The position numbers and the translations under genes are program-made. The notes under the pieces are model-generated. The model saw only the letters and a program-made list of their open reading frames with translations. It did not search any database and was not told where the DNA came from. This document shows, one piece after another, positions 1 to 13,200 of a stretch of 64,000 nt of DNA. The DNA is taken from positions 24,490,001 to 24,554,000 of the forward strand of contig NC_135666.1 of assembly GCF_964188315.1 (NCBI RefSeq), read 5' to 3'. Positions within the stretch are counted from its first letter, which is position 1. Every line of letters begins with the position of its first letter. The stretch comes from Podarcis muralis. Its lineage: Eukaryota.

Positions 1-463
1 AGGAAGTTCTAACAAGTGCACTTCATTAGAAGCTAAAGCATCCTTAGACTATCTCTCTCACACTTCTGTGTGGGATAATAGAAACCATCATCTTTGCAAA
101 CCCAGGCACAGCGGGCCACCGGGGAGGTGGTTGGAGGTGTAGAAGCAGCAAAAATGACATGGCACCAGCTTGGGATTGAAATGGCTACAACTTTTATTGA
201 TTCCAGATTCCAGCTTTGGCATAGGCGATGGGTATGTATCCTGAATCAGCCAACCTGGTTTCTGGCTGATAACTTCATCAGGGTTGATATTGGGGCTAAG
301 GATGCTCCAATAGGGTTATGCTCACTTCTCACTGCCTATCCTGGGCTATGAGTAGATACCCTAAAAAGATACCACTGGACAACTGTCACAAAGAAGGGTG
401 AAGAACACTTTGAACTTCCTGAAGCAGGTTATCTAATGGTTTTTCAGTCCCTTATTCCAGGTT

Positions 464-827
464 AAAGGTAAAGGTAAAGGTACCCCTGCCCGTACGGGCC
501 AGTCTTGCCAGACTCTAGGGTTGTGCGCTCATCTCACTCTAGAGGCCGGGAGCCAGCGCTGTCTGCAGACACTTCCGGGTCACGTGGCCAGCGTGACATC
601 GCTGCTCTGGCGAGCCAGAGCCGCACACGGAAACACCGTTTACCTTCCCACTGGTAAGCGGTCCCTATTTATCTACTTGCACCCGGGGGTGCTTTCGAAC
701 TGCTAGGTTGGCAGGCGCTGGGACCGAGCAATGGGAGTGCACCCCGCCGCGGGGATTCGAACCGCCAACCATGCGATTGGCAAGTCCTAGGCGCTGAGGC
801 TTTTACCCACAGCACCACCCGCGTCCC
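464..827 (-). mobile_element. Sauria/Squam1 SINE, full length
   Basis: tRNA-like head (GGTTCGAATCC B-box on minus), (ACCTTT)n tail, TSD TTATTCCAGGTT at 452-463 and 840-851. Confidence 0.92.
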
Positions 828-1884
828 TTATTATTATTATTATTCCAGGTTGAGGAAAGTTTTTTCAGTCATAGCACCAAACTGCTTTTTGGGCAACTTT
901 CTGCGGACCACATTCCAGTGGTGGGCAAGGTCAGAAGCAAAGGGGGTGAGTGTAAATTTTCCCTTTGTACAGTAGGTTAGTTTCTTCATACTCAGTCCTC
1001 TATTCAGGTAAGTTCAGAGTTCAAGGAAGGCAGAAGCACTCAAGAAGGGTACAAAGCAAGGCTGGTGAAGGGTGTGGTCTGAAGATAGTTCTGAAGGTAG
1101 GATAAGAGAGGCCAGAAAGGATGGATTTGGCCCCTGAGCCTAAGCTTCCCCATCTCTATCTTATTTAAAGAATTCCAGCATACAACTGTCTAGGAACAAA
1201 ACACCACTGGCTATGCAGTATCAGTGACCCCCATATTGTCCCATGGGGCAAGTAGCTGTCTTGGACAGAGTGTAGGAGAGAAACTGGGAAACTGGCATGG
1301 GGGAGGGGGATTATTAAAGCTTCCTCCCTGTACTGAAATGCCAGTCTAATCACTTTTCCTGGCTAATAAAAAATATTATTATTTTTTAATTTAAAAGAAA
1401 ACCCTCACAAGATCCTGATTGCAAGTTTCCCACATGATGTGTCATTTGACTTTTTGTCTTCATTTGTCAGGTATCTTTACTAAGTACATAAACATCACCT
1501 TCCTGGAGCAAATCAACGGCACGTTTAATCCAGATCTGACAGTTTTAGTGGGTTTATGTGAAGGGGCTTAACAAGAGGCCATTTGGCTACACCTTCTAGT
1601 CTAGTCAATAGAAAGGTCTGAAATGGTTTTTGGAAGCTCAAGCAAGAGTGCTGTGTGGGGCTGCTTGAAAACCTTGAGTAAATGGGATGCCCCACCCTGC
1701 CTTGCAATGTTGAGGGAACTGGAGCAGGGCCTCAGAGTTCAAGCAAAGCAGAAACACTCAAGGAGGACCCAAAATTTAGCCTAAAAATTTGCAATGGATA
1801 AGGAGTCTATAACTGAAGCTCTGTTGGTCTATAGAAAAAAAGGCAAAACATTCTTTATAACATATATGATTAGTAATGTAGGTA

Positions 1885-2108
1885 CAGTGGTACCTCGGGT
1901 TAAGTATTTAATTCGTTCCTGAAACTGTATTTAACCTGAAGCACCACTTTAGCTAATGGGGCCTCCAGCTGCTGCCGTGCAGCCAGAGCACAATTTCTCT
2001 TCTCATCCTGAAGCAAAGTTCTTAACCCAAGGTAATATTTCTGGGTTAGCGGAGTCTGTAACCTAAAGCGAATGTAACCTGAAGCGTATGTAACCCGAGG
2101 TACCACTG
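1885..2108. mobile_element. Tc1/mariner (Tigger/pogo-like) MITE
   Basis: Perfect 18-bp TIR CAGTGGTACCTCGGGTTA / TAACCCGAGGTACCACTG flanked by TA on both sides; no transposase. Confidence 0.9.
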
Positions 2109-2210
2109 TATACAGCAAGGTTGGACTTCCCTTACATGCAAAGACGAGAACAACAGTAGGTCCAACGGTCAAGACGACAGTTTCTGCACATGTTCTAGAG
2201 CAAAGTGAGA

Positions 2211-2620
2211 GGCAGATGGGGCTCACCAACCTGGGAAGATAGCCCATCTAGGAGAAAGAAAACTGTGACCTAAACCTCAGCAGCCTTGCAGGATATCTTT
2301 GGGAGAGAAAAAGGCTAAGAAGTATACCCTACACAAATCTGGAGTGGAGTCCTTAAGATGATTGGATGGTGCCTTGTGCGCCTCCTTCCAGCAACTCCTG
2401 CAGCCAAGCTGGTGTCAAACATATTGCTGTGCTTTCCTGTGTACCACATCAGTGAGGCCGAGAGGGAGGTCCTGTTGTCTGGGCAGCCCAGGGCCTCCAT
2501 ACACACTTCCCAGGCTTGTGCCCTAGGGAGGTTACTTCCGTGCTGCTTATGCAGCAGTTTGACCATCCCCAGAGACGAACTCCATTGTCTCTCAAGACAG
2601 ACGGATGCAAACAACAACAA
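2211..2620 (+). mobile_element. Short non-LTR retroposon copy with (CAA)n tail; family uncertain (RTE/Vingi-like, non-autonomous?)
   Basis: Colinear similarity to the inverted copy at 37079-37620; ends GGATGCAAACAACAACAA. Confidence 0.6.
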
Positions 2621-3830
2621 ATACTTCTAGTATCGCCACAATTGTCCCTACAGCTAGAACTTTTTGTCATCCACAGTAAACTCAAAAATAATAGCTCTAT
2701 TCAGGCAAGAGTATAGTACACAGAAAATGTGAAGGGCGGTTCAGTGGCAGTCCTTACCTCCTTGGTTCATTCAGCAAACCATCTTTCTCTAGAGCTTATG
2801 TGCATTTGGCTCTGTACCTGACTTGAAGACACAGAGGTTGGGGAGACCTGCTACTGTAATCCTGTTCTGCCTTTCTAGGTATTTGGTGAGCCTTGTCACT
2901 ATCTTTCTATGGAGAGAGTTTCACACATTCAGCTGAGAGCCATGTTGTATGTAATCAAGAGATGATCAAATGATGCATGTGTGAATCAGCTGGACTCAGC
3001 TGAATTCTTTTTCAATGACAGCTCTAGCCATCAAAGCAAAATACTTCCTTCATCATGCTTGTGTGATGACCCATGGAAGTATTTAGAAAATCCATTAGAC
3101 AACTTGCACAAATAAGCCTACTATAACAGAAGATTGGATGCGCCAGTTGCCACAGTAGTCAACAATTGTTACACTATTTGTTACTCTTAATTCTTCATCA
3201 AAATAGGCCTAGAAGGGGGAAAGTTTACAAGCGCCACTTTAATTAACAGGTTTTTTTATTTTAAAAAATGCAGGCAAATGTACAGAAGGCATATTTAATC
3301 TACCAGAACAGTCTTTTCTCCCAAGGATTTCTGATTAATTAGTATCTTTATGTATTATTTAGCAGCCCATTCTTGAGAGATGAATAAATAAATGCACCCA
3401 ACCATAGCAGAGCATCGGGAATGCTATCACCAGGGCTGCATTGAAAAGAACAACCTATAAAATTATACTGTCTGTTGTGAACTAAAGCAATGATGAAAAT
3501 AGCTGATAACTGGCCACGTCAGGCTGTCTTATTTTATTCCCGTTCAGGCAGCACTGTCAGGCAAAATCCAATGCACTCTGTTTTGCCCATCTCTCCTCTG
3601 TCTTCTGTGGTGTCTTATTTATGCTTGCATTGTCACCAAAGAAAACAAAACATCCATTGGCATTTTCCAATTAGTTCCCGGTAGCATTTGCTCACCGTAC
3701 TTTGCCTCCTTGCACAGCACACAAAATTGATTTCGTGTCCACCACTGACCTGGCTCATTCAGCAAATGGCTTGAGGATATCTGTTTCAGGAATAACAGCT
3801 TTCAATCATTTCCCCAAAACAGCGTATTAC

Positions 3831-3992
3831 CTGGTGTGTGATCCTTGAGTGGACCTCCTGGTTCTATGACAGCTTTGCTGTGAACGTCCCAGTCAAATTC
3901 ATCTTCAGGATCTTGTGTATATCCACACACAGCAGTCCAGTCATGGCCTTGTGTTTCAAAGTTACAGCTTCCTGGGACGGTGGTATATTGGC
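3831..3992 (-). CDS. MALRD1: MALRD1 exon, start of next MAM domain (SQYTTVPGSCNFETQGHDW...EDEFDW...DHTPG)
   Basis: Acceptor ttgccag|GC, donor CCAG|gtaata. 162 bp, phase 1 to 1. The gene continues beyond the left edge of the window. Confidence 0.93.
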
Positions 3993-4269
3993 CTGGCAAC
4001 ACAAAGAAAACCACATTTATTTATTAACCTTGAAGCTTCCATTCGAGCCAAGGATGGTGCTTTGATAGCCCAACAATCATTGGGTCCTGTGCCTGCATGG
4101 TTTAAATCCACACCATTGGGGGGAGGGGTGGGGAAAATGGGTAACCTGGTGCATTGTTACAAGTGGACAGTCCCATCTACCTGTCAAACTGGTCAGATCC
4201 AGTTCTCCATCCTTGATTTATTTATTTACTTGTAATAATACAAGTCTGTTCACAAAGTGGTTTACAACC

Positions 4270-4665
4270 ATTTGAAGATACAAAGGACTGCCTCTCCCCA
4301 TATGAACCAATCTGGACCCTGCAATAATAATCTGAGGCCCTTCTTCATGTGCCTCCTTTGCGAGAGGTTTGGAGGGCAGCAACATAAGAACAGGCCTTTT
4401 CTGTAGTGGCTTCCCACTTGTGGAATGCTCTCTCCAGGGAAGCTCATCTGGTACCTTTATTACATATCTTTAGATGCCAGGCAAAAACATTCCTCTTCTC
4501 CCAGGTCTTTGGCTAATGAAATCTATGGCCTTTTAAACTGTGTGTTATTGCTTTTGTTTGTTCCTATGTTGTGTATTATTATTTTTTTATATTGAAAATT
4601 ACCTTGTGATAATTAGATGAAGGGCGGTATAGAAAATCAATCAATCGATTAATTAAATAAATAAA
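4270..4665 (+). mobile_element. L2-type LINE 3' end fragment
   Basis: Motifs GGCCTTTTCTGTAGTGGC..TGTGGAATGC..GCCAGGCAAAAACATTCCTCTTCTCCCAGG and an AT-rich tail recognised as squamate L2 3' ends; boundaries approximate. Confidence 0.6.
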
Positions 4666-7328
4666 AATGATAGCAATCCATACAAACTAAAATAATTCAA
4701 CTAAAATAGTAAAAATAACATTTGAAACTTTATGAAAAGCCAAAGAAAGAAGTCACCACGAGTCTCCAGAAGCTCAGCCGAATGCAAGAGTCTTACCTGC
4801 TTACAAAAGGAGACTAGAGAGAGACACATCAGTTCAGATGGAGGTCAAAAATGATGATTACATTTTCCAAAATAATGATAGTACAACTTTGTTAGCTGGT
4901 GCAACTTTCATCGGCAGAAATCCAAATTTACATATGTTAAGATGATAAATGACCTCCCAGCAAAGAAGTATTGCTGCTTTGGGGGGAAACACTCAGGTTT
5001 TCCAGATGGTGAGAGAGATATATAAGCAGGTCTTTGCATAGGCAAAGCAGAAATATGTGCCAGCTTAAATAGTAAGAAGAAAACTAATGTTTGGACCTTC
5101 ACCCAAAAAGACAGACTTGAGAGAAACCAAATATTTCACACATGTGACTTTGGATTCTCTTGGGCATTTCCCTAGCCTGGCTGTGACCTAGTAACAAGGC
5201 CATAATCATTGTGGGTGGCTTTGGCTGCAATCCTAAACACACAGGGAGTAAGCACCATTAAACTTCTGAGTAGAGGACTGCACTGTTATTGGGTGCCATG
5301 GAGGGAAGTTAACATACGAAAGGACCTGTAGCAGAAGCCAGATTTGGATCAGGTGCATCTGCACTGTTGGAAGTGTAAGATTCCTTATACACCCGTGAGA
5401 ATTCAAACCAGTTGGCTTCTCATTCACTTCTTGTTGTTTTGACATAAATGTGAATCTTTCTTCCTGCTATCTTGATCCTTCTTCACTGGCTGACTTATTT
5501 AGTTCAATTTTCAAATGTTCTTTCTTTTCTCTGAATCCATTTATTCTTGCATCAGCTGTTGGAAACTAGATTCCATTTCATTGGATGCATCCTATGCTGG
5601 CAGGCATTTGTACATGCAGGGTCTGTTTTTGTGTCTCTGATATGGGGGCTGTTGCTGCTGGTGAGTAGATGTTGACAGCGATGCATTTGCTGCAAAACTC
5701 CCCCAGTTTTATGTATTTTTTAAAAAAAACAAAACAAAACAAAAACCACATGGATAGGAGGTCCTGTCTGTAGGGTTCCCAGAGGCACCACTCTGGCCCT
5801 TGGCTTAATTCCACAAGAGTCTTAGTGTAATTTGGCACTTCAAACACTGTGGACCTGCTCTTGCTCTTAGGGCTGTCCCTCTGGGAATGGATTGCTGGGC
5901 AAGTGAGAACAAGGGAAAGGTAGAGAAGGAATGAGGCAGCCGAGAGAGGGAAAGAACTAGGCAACCCTGCCGGGCCTCAGACTCTGCTCACCATCAGCTA
6001 TAGCCCCCAAGTGATATTTCCTGTGGGTCAAAGGAAAAAGAAGTAAAACAAAAATAATGAATATATAGCTTGATAAAACAGAGCTACTTGCAGGACAACA
6101 CACTCTCTTGTCTATTAAGGAGCAAGTGCTCGCATATATCAGGCATCGGACTAAATGATTTCTCTATTTAGACACTGGAAATGGATTTTGGGAAAATGTT
6201 GTGTGATGCATGAAAGCACCTTAGATCAAAATGTGGGAAGCAGTGCTAAAGGCTCAGATGTTTTCTGTGTATTTTGTCCATTCTTGTAACTGAAAAAGTT
6301 TAAAGAGCTAACTTGAATTTGAAAAGACTTTAATTTAAATTGATTTCCCCCCTCTTTGGTATCTGAAAAACTCTCGATTTCCCCACTTTTTATTATGTGA
6401 CTATAAATGAATCTGGTCTTCAATTACAAACCACCTTGCCTGAGCAAAAGAAATCAATCTAAATAGGTGGGATTACTTTTGGTATCTTCGACAACCAACA
6501 ATGCAATAGAATACTCCAGCACTCTTGTAGAAAGGAAACAACAGAGATTTATTCAGCATGCCAGATCAATGCAAAACCATAAAGCATAGTAATTGCAGTA
6601 GTACTTGTTAAATGTATTCCTAACCGAATGAACAGGGCAGTATTACTCTTGGCTAAATGGGATTGTTGACTCTGCTCAGACCTGAATGCAGGAGATGCCA
6701 GGTGAACGCTATTGACATAGCTTGTTACCATGCCACCCAGGTAGTCACAAGGGTGCTACTTCAGCCCTGAGAGGCACAGTTCTTCTATAAGTGTCAGAAA
6801 ATCAAGAGCCACAATTTGGAGCTACTGGGAGCAAGCAGAGATTAAAGTGCCCTTCACATACAATGCCAGCAGTGTCAGAGCTACTTCCATATCGTGAGGT
6901 CCCATACTGCAGGAGACGACATGTGACTAATACAGACTGGCCTTTTCTTTCCAACCCAACTGGCACCCCAGGCATAGGGAAAGGTTCACATGAGTTACCT
7001 CTACTCGGCACCAGGGGGCAGAACTGGGAGCTTCTGGCAGCAGAGCCCAGGCGTTTTATTCACTGCACCATCAGGGCAGTTATCAAGCAGTGGGAGTTAT
7101 TGCAATCATTTATGCTGTGCTGCAGTGCCACCAAACAAGACCACATGAACCAACAGGGCCTTTTAGGAATATCAAAAAAGCAACAAACAAAACGGGTCCT
7201 GTAAAGCATGTCTACTATGTCAGTATCTAGGTCTTTGCTGGGGGCCAGATATGGGATTGCTTCTTCCTTTGAATCAGTGTCAGACTCACTGTCAGGGTCT
7301 ATGACAAATCCAAGTTCCAGCGCTCTTT

Positions 7329-7430
7329 ATCAGATGCACTGAGCACCTCCCGTGCTGTGCATCTGATGAAGTAAGCTCTTGCCTCCCAAAGCTCACGGCA
7401 TGATAAATGTGTCTCCCACGTGTCACAAAA
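7329..7430 (+). mobile_element. Degenerate Penelope-like element fragment with eroded hammerhead core
   Basis: GCAT-CTGATGA-A-GTAAGC...CAAAGCTC followed by TGATAAATGTG; same layout as the 21378 motif. Confidence 0.4.
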
Positions 7431-8401
7431 CTCTGCAAATTCTGCTGCAACAGACTAATGCGGCTACTCTTTTATAATCTCTGTCTACCGCGGAAATGGA
7501 TGAGACTTTGAAATGCTTTAAATGTTGTGCCTTGCCATTTCATCACTACTAAAAAGATCACCTGGCTACAATAATTCAATCACAATATCTTGCCAGTGTA
7601 ATTCAGCTTGCATTGTTTACAATAAATACTTAAGAGCAGTATGTGCTGGGTCGATGAAGTCAGCTGCCTGTTTGCACCTTCTTGACATCCTTTTCTTTTT
7701 GATGTAAACCAAATCTATTTACAGGTGACGGGGAAAGGACTGTTCCATTTGTCTCTAAAATTGCTTTCATTTCAATATGCCAAGCCATTTGACTAGATGG
7801 TTCATCAGCACCGAGGCCTGCTATTAATAAAACCCATGCATAATTGAATGCAGTTCAGCAAAATTGAAAGTGCTTTCAAGGTGCGCATGCAGTTTCCCTA
7901 CATCACTACCACTGCTGATGTTTAAGGGGCATAACAACTGTGGGAGACTGTCTGACTGGAAGGCAGAAAAAAATGTTTTGAAGTTCAAATGGTTAAAAGG
8001 GAAACACTGGGGGCTTCCAGACAGCAGTTTATTGTGGAATCCTCGTTGCTCATGCAATGTAAGTTTTCTGCACCATCCACACCAGGCCATCATCATCTAA
8101 GTATCAACCCATTGTTTTTCTTAATTTAATCTGGATTTATCAGTTCTATGGAAAATTGATAATAAAATATGCAGTTATTTCTGATGCAGGAGCTCCTTAA
8201 CATGTAACCATTTCAGTGGTTAACCTCTATTTCTGTTTCCTCTTCACCTGAGCACATCCCAACCATTTTGTTTATGGCAGGCCACTGAGACCAAACTGAA
8301 ATGGACTGGTGCATTTAAGACAGGTTTACATAGCAAAATAATGATACAGCCACTCTTGGTCAGTTTATTCAGAGGTTAAAGTGAAAGGGGAATATAATTT
8401 A

Positions 8402-8428
8402 TATCTCTATCTATCTATCTATCTATCT
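8402..8428. repeat. (TATC)n microsatellite
   Basis: Visible tandem repeat. Confidence 0.9.
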
Positions 8429-9210
8429 AACAAAAGGCTGGAGTGCTAGACATCAATTCTATGCGTGGCTAGGGATGACCATGGTAATCACCAAGGTTAA
8501 ACCAAAAGAAATAAGTAACAAAACTATAAACCACAGATACAGCATATTATCTTATTTAATTCTACTTTATAAATACCTACTCAGGAATTGGAATCAAGCA
8601 TGAAAGACCAACTAATTGTTCCCAAAGCCAACAATCACGACTTCTTGTTCACATGATATATCAGCCAAACCAACAAGGCATAACCTCCTACCAATATAAT
8701 GAACCACACCAAACCATTTTTTAAAAAATCTCATTCTCTACCTCTAAATCATGTATTTCTTTTTAAAACCACAGAATAATTTGGAAATGGGGTGCAGCAG
8801 AATTCTGGACATCTACATGCCAAATGATACATACAGTAGATTCATCCATTTCTAGCTCATTCTTTTTTGACCTCTTACCATTAGCACTGCAAGAATAGCT
8901 GCTGTGAGATCAGAATATACAAAACTCTGTGAAGATTTACACCCACTGTCATGCTAGACAGCAGAAATGCATTCACTGAGTAGGAGAGGGGTACATGATT
9001 TACCAACCTGGAGAAACGGAAGGTACAAAAGGCCAAGTGAACCAGTCCAATTATATACAAGCTTACCCAGAAGTAAGAAATGTGTGTGTTTTTTTTAAAG
9101 AAATGAATTGGCAAAGTTTTTAAAATATTAGCATTATATGGCATATTTTTCTTCTGCATCAGAGTTTGTTTAATATGGGTCACTTACTGAAATTTGGGGT
9201 GGGCAGCGGT

Positions 9211-9516
9211 TGTGGTCAGGCATGGCACCCAAGGGTGGAAAAGTCCTTTCGCCCTTGCAGCCGGATGCTGGGATCCTCCTCAGCCAGGTGTGGGGGATGA
9301 TGGCATAGCCCATCAGAATTCTGAATATTTTAGCCAATCAGAGCCTGGGGGGGGCAGGGCTTGGGTGGCAGACCAGAGTGAACAAGTGTTCACTCCGGTC
9401 CAGTGCTGGAGGATAAAAGCCGGCAGTGCTTGTGCCGTTTTGTGTAGCAGATAAAGCATTGAGTGGAATCTTTAGTTTATTTTTGGGTGCGAGGTGACAT
9501 GGTGCACCACCCCGAC
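9211..9516 (+). mobile_element. Possible LTR remnant with PBS-like sequence
   Basis: TG start, CCAAT (9334), TATA-like GGATAAAAG (9411), weak polyA-like AGATAAA (9449), ..GACA end (9499), then TGGTG...ACCCCGAC. No TSD found. Confidence 0.3.
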
Positions 9517-9828
9517 CCCAAGCACGTGCAACTTCTCAAGATACAACCCCTGAAGGTGTCTCTGTGGAGGTTCTGTCCTGAAGCCAAGTGGGGAGCAGAT
9601 GAGCTATGGAACTTCCAAGTGCGGTCTGGGGAGGGCCACTTTAGTTGACTTTCCTAGGCTTATTCCTAGGAAAGTGGTCATAGGATTGCAGCTTCTTTGG
9701 TGTAGCAAATGTATCCAGATATAAAGGGGGGGGAAGTCAAGGGGAGCCAGCTCAGAAGCAACATGTTCATAACAATCCTGTCCTGAGTAGCTATTTTATA
9801 GCACTTAAGCTTTAAAAAAACCAGCTTA

Positions 9829-10017
<189 letters not shown>

Positions 10018-13000
10018 TTAATTAAATCAAAGAATGCCCTTTTTGATGTGTTTACCCATTGTGCACCATCACTTTAGTGATTTTCTGCTTCCAACAGATG
10101 TTATTCAATCCCGCTCACTTTTAATGATGGCTTGTACCTGCCTAGACTGCTCTATCGCCCATATTCAGAGCTTAATGGATGAGAAGCTTTAAGCAGACTG
10201 AAATTCAATTCAGCATGAGGACAACGCTTCATTTGCCTTGTTTGGTCTCCAGATGCATGGGGGGTATGATAACATTCATTGCCAGTAAAGACAAAAATAC
10301 ATAGAACAAAGACAGCAATGACGAGAAGCCCAATATGCATGCACAAACTCGGACATAGAGTTCCTCCTGTTTCCCAAAGGAAACCATTGCATCATGAGTT
10401 TTCAAGATTACGGAGTTCTCAGTGCCATTTGCAATGCAGAACAGAGGACTCCTACAGTTTGAGTAAGTCAGGAAATCTCTCTTTTGCCAGCTCCAGCTCC
10501 TGTATAGTTGAGGAAAGGTGGGGGCAGGGGCAAAGTAAAGCTTAGGACACACACAAACACCCAGCAAGGTAGTCTCCTGGTTGCTCAAACTAGCAAGCAA
10601 ATATAAACAGTGAAAATAATTGAGCAGAAGGTTAAATGCAAGTACAGTACTGCATTTCAGTTAATCTGTTGAACAAACCCTACTTTTTATATTACAGTTA
10701 TGCTATATCTTGAAAGCAAAACTTAAAATAAAACATGCTTGATAATAAAAAAGGATGATGATGATATGCTGACTGGGGTGTACAATAAATTTTAAACCCA
10801 ATGCACACTGAAATGCTGTAATACTGAATACTGAAGGCAAGAAAAAAATGGCCTATCATAAAATCTGACTCAGATATACATATCTCAATATATTCATTTG
10901 TTTAGCGTGAAGGTCTGAAGGGATTTCAAAGTGTGCTTGGTTTAACACACTCAGAAAACGTCGCAGGATCAGCCAGAATTTCCAATCCTGGGGAATTTTC
11001 CAAGCATGTTCAACCTACTGCACTTAGAAGCTTCGGCAAACTGCTGTGCTATACATGTAAAAGTCTAAGAGGAGCCCACGTACCCAGAGAAGTTGGTGGC
11101 TGAACTTGCATGTGCACCCCTGCTCCCATGCATGTTCAGGCAGATGCCCAAATGAGGCTATAATATACCTGCAGACAAGTTTAAAAGACTCACTTTGAAA
11201 TCAACTGATAGCTCAAGATTACACCCGACGACCTCCTCCCTCTCCAGCCCAAAAGCCATGATGGAGGATAATATTGAAGGAGCACGTACAGTTAGTCACA
11301 AAGGCCAGCCGGGGCGGGGGGCATGGAAGGACATAATAAAGACACCTAAAGCCAACTTGGAGTGCGCTGCTAGGAAAAAGTACAGCCGACATTTATCCTC
11401 CTCCTTTCCTGGCCATAATAGGCCATTTCACATTTGAATTTTGCAGGTGACTCCTGACAACTCCTGTGGTCAACAGAGGAGCTGACATCATCCACTGGCT
11501 GTGCGGGAAGCCAAAAGACAGCCCCTCCCCCTGATTCCAGGTGACCACACTGGGCCACAATCACCACTCCTGGTGAATCAGGTATGCGGTTCTTCTGACA
11601 AACGTCAGCGAACCAAGGCATCCCACAAGCATATTGACTGAGCGACAGAACGCACACCACACCTATCAAAGCGCACAACATGAGGCTACATCACCCTGTT
11701 CATAAAACTTAAGCGTTCACAAGAGAGAACTTGGTGCTGGGTAAACGGATGAAAGAGCAATGTGTATCCAAAATGAGCCAGCAAAGTGGCTTTATTGCTA
11801 ACAATTGTATTAAGATATTCTGCTTCTGGGCTGAAAATACAAACATACCAGGAACGCCAACTGTACTACTACAACTGGAGATGTAAGGACAAGGCAACAC
11901 ACAAATATAAGCAACAGAGGAGAAGATGGTACCACAAGTGTAGGATCCTGAAACACACTTGAATCCCAACCTCAGCACTCCAAGATGGGCAATGAATTCA
12001 AATGCACAGAGGACATCTTCCTCTTCTTTCAATGTGGAGAAATTAATCTTTGGCTTTACTTGTGGACTGGTGGACACTAGTCATGATGACAATATGAAAT
12101 ATCCAAGTTTAGGGGTTACTTACATGAATACAAAAGCAACAGCAGGCAAGAGCAATTGCCTTCATGCTTCCCAGAGCTATTCCCCTAATATACACATGTG
12201 TTGGTTAGAGAACTGCATTACAAAATTCAGAGAAGTTTAGTTGTATTTCCGTTTGTGCGACTGTTTCTTTAAATGTGAATTTGCGATTTAAACCAAGCTT
12301 CTCCCCCGTCCCTACTAAATGCAAGGTATCCCTTTACCAGTTTTTCAGCTCTTGGCTGAATGTTGACATTTCATTAAGGAAGAAAGAAAATGGTTTTCAC
12401 TCAGAATAGTGTTTGTCATAATTAGGAGCATTTTTTCATTTTAAATTCAGGATACTTTCACAAAAACAAGATAAACTGAACAAACTAAAAAGGATGCCAG
12501 AGAAAAAAATAAAATAAAATTTGTTTCCCCAAATATAATTCAACTAGTTTGCTCTGAACCAGCCAAGAGTAACATGTTGGAGAAACAGAAAGCGCAATGA
12601 CGAAGAAATCTAATGAAGCAGTATAGCACTTGCATGCATTCCCCGTTTTCGCCTGCTGTGCTTCTCAAGTGTCCTTGCAAGGTAAACTATGGGGAGCTGT
12701 TGAACTACAGAGGAACGCCAAGGCACTGAAAGAGCTGCACAAGCTGTGGACGGCCAAACCCTTAGTTTGACCCCATAATTGTTTGACTCATATTGCAACC
12801 TACATATATTTATTTGGAGAGAGAGCTACGTTCCCTGCTTACTCTGCTTACCAGCTCCCCTCACATTCCCTAGACTTTCCCCTTCCCACCCCATGCAACT
12901 ACCAATCCCCCTTTCACCTCCTCAAGCCTATTTTTTAATCCACTTCTCTCTTCTGTTATACTGCACTGCTTTCACCTTCACTCCTATGCCCGTGTCCCTC

Positions 13001-13116
13001 CTTCCTTTTGTGGAACCCACTCACAGAGTGTTTGTTGTGGGGGAGGAAGGGAAAGGAGAATGTTAGCCACTTTGAGACTCCTTAAAGGGAGTGAAAGGCG
13101 GGATATCAAATCCAAA

Positions 13117-13200
13117 CTCCTCCTCCTCCTCCTCCTCCTCCTCCTCCTCCTCCTCCTCTTCTTCTTCTTCTTCTTCTTCTTCTTCTTCTTCTTCTTCTTC
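13117..13200. repeat. Compound (CTC)n-(TTC)n triplet microsatellite
   Basis: 84-bp pure pyrimidine tract on plus; explains the poly-K/poly-R ORF in the track. Confidence 0.97.

Noticed and set aside
521-706. Similar ORFs at 521, 25198 and 42542 suggesting a small gene family
   Set aside because: They are translations of Squam1 SINE copies.
1-3830. Next MALRD1 exon (rest of the MAM domain after DHTPG); donor-like GAG|GTAAGG near 2755
   Set aside because: No frame I checked gave MAM-like sequence; the exon probably lies beyond the window edge.
11447-11581. Plus-strand exon-like segment (TTTTGCAG|...CAG|GTATGC)
   Set aside because: All three frames contain stops and no partner exons were found; at most a non-coding antisense exon, which needs RNA data.
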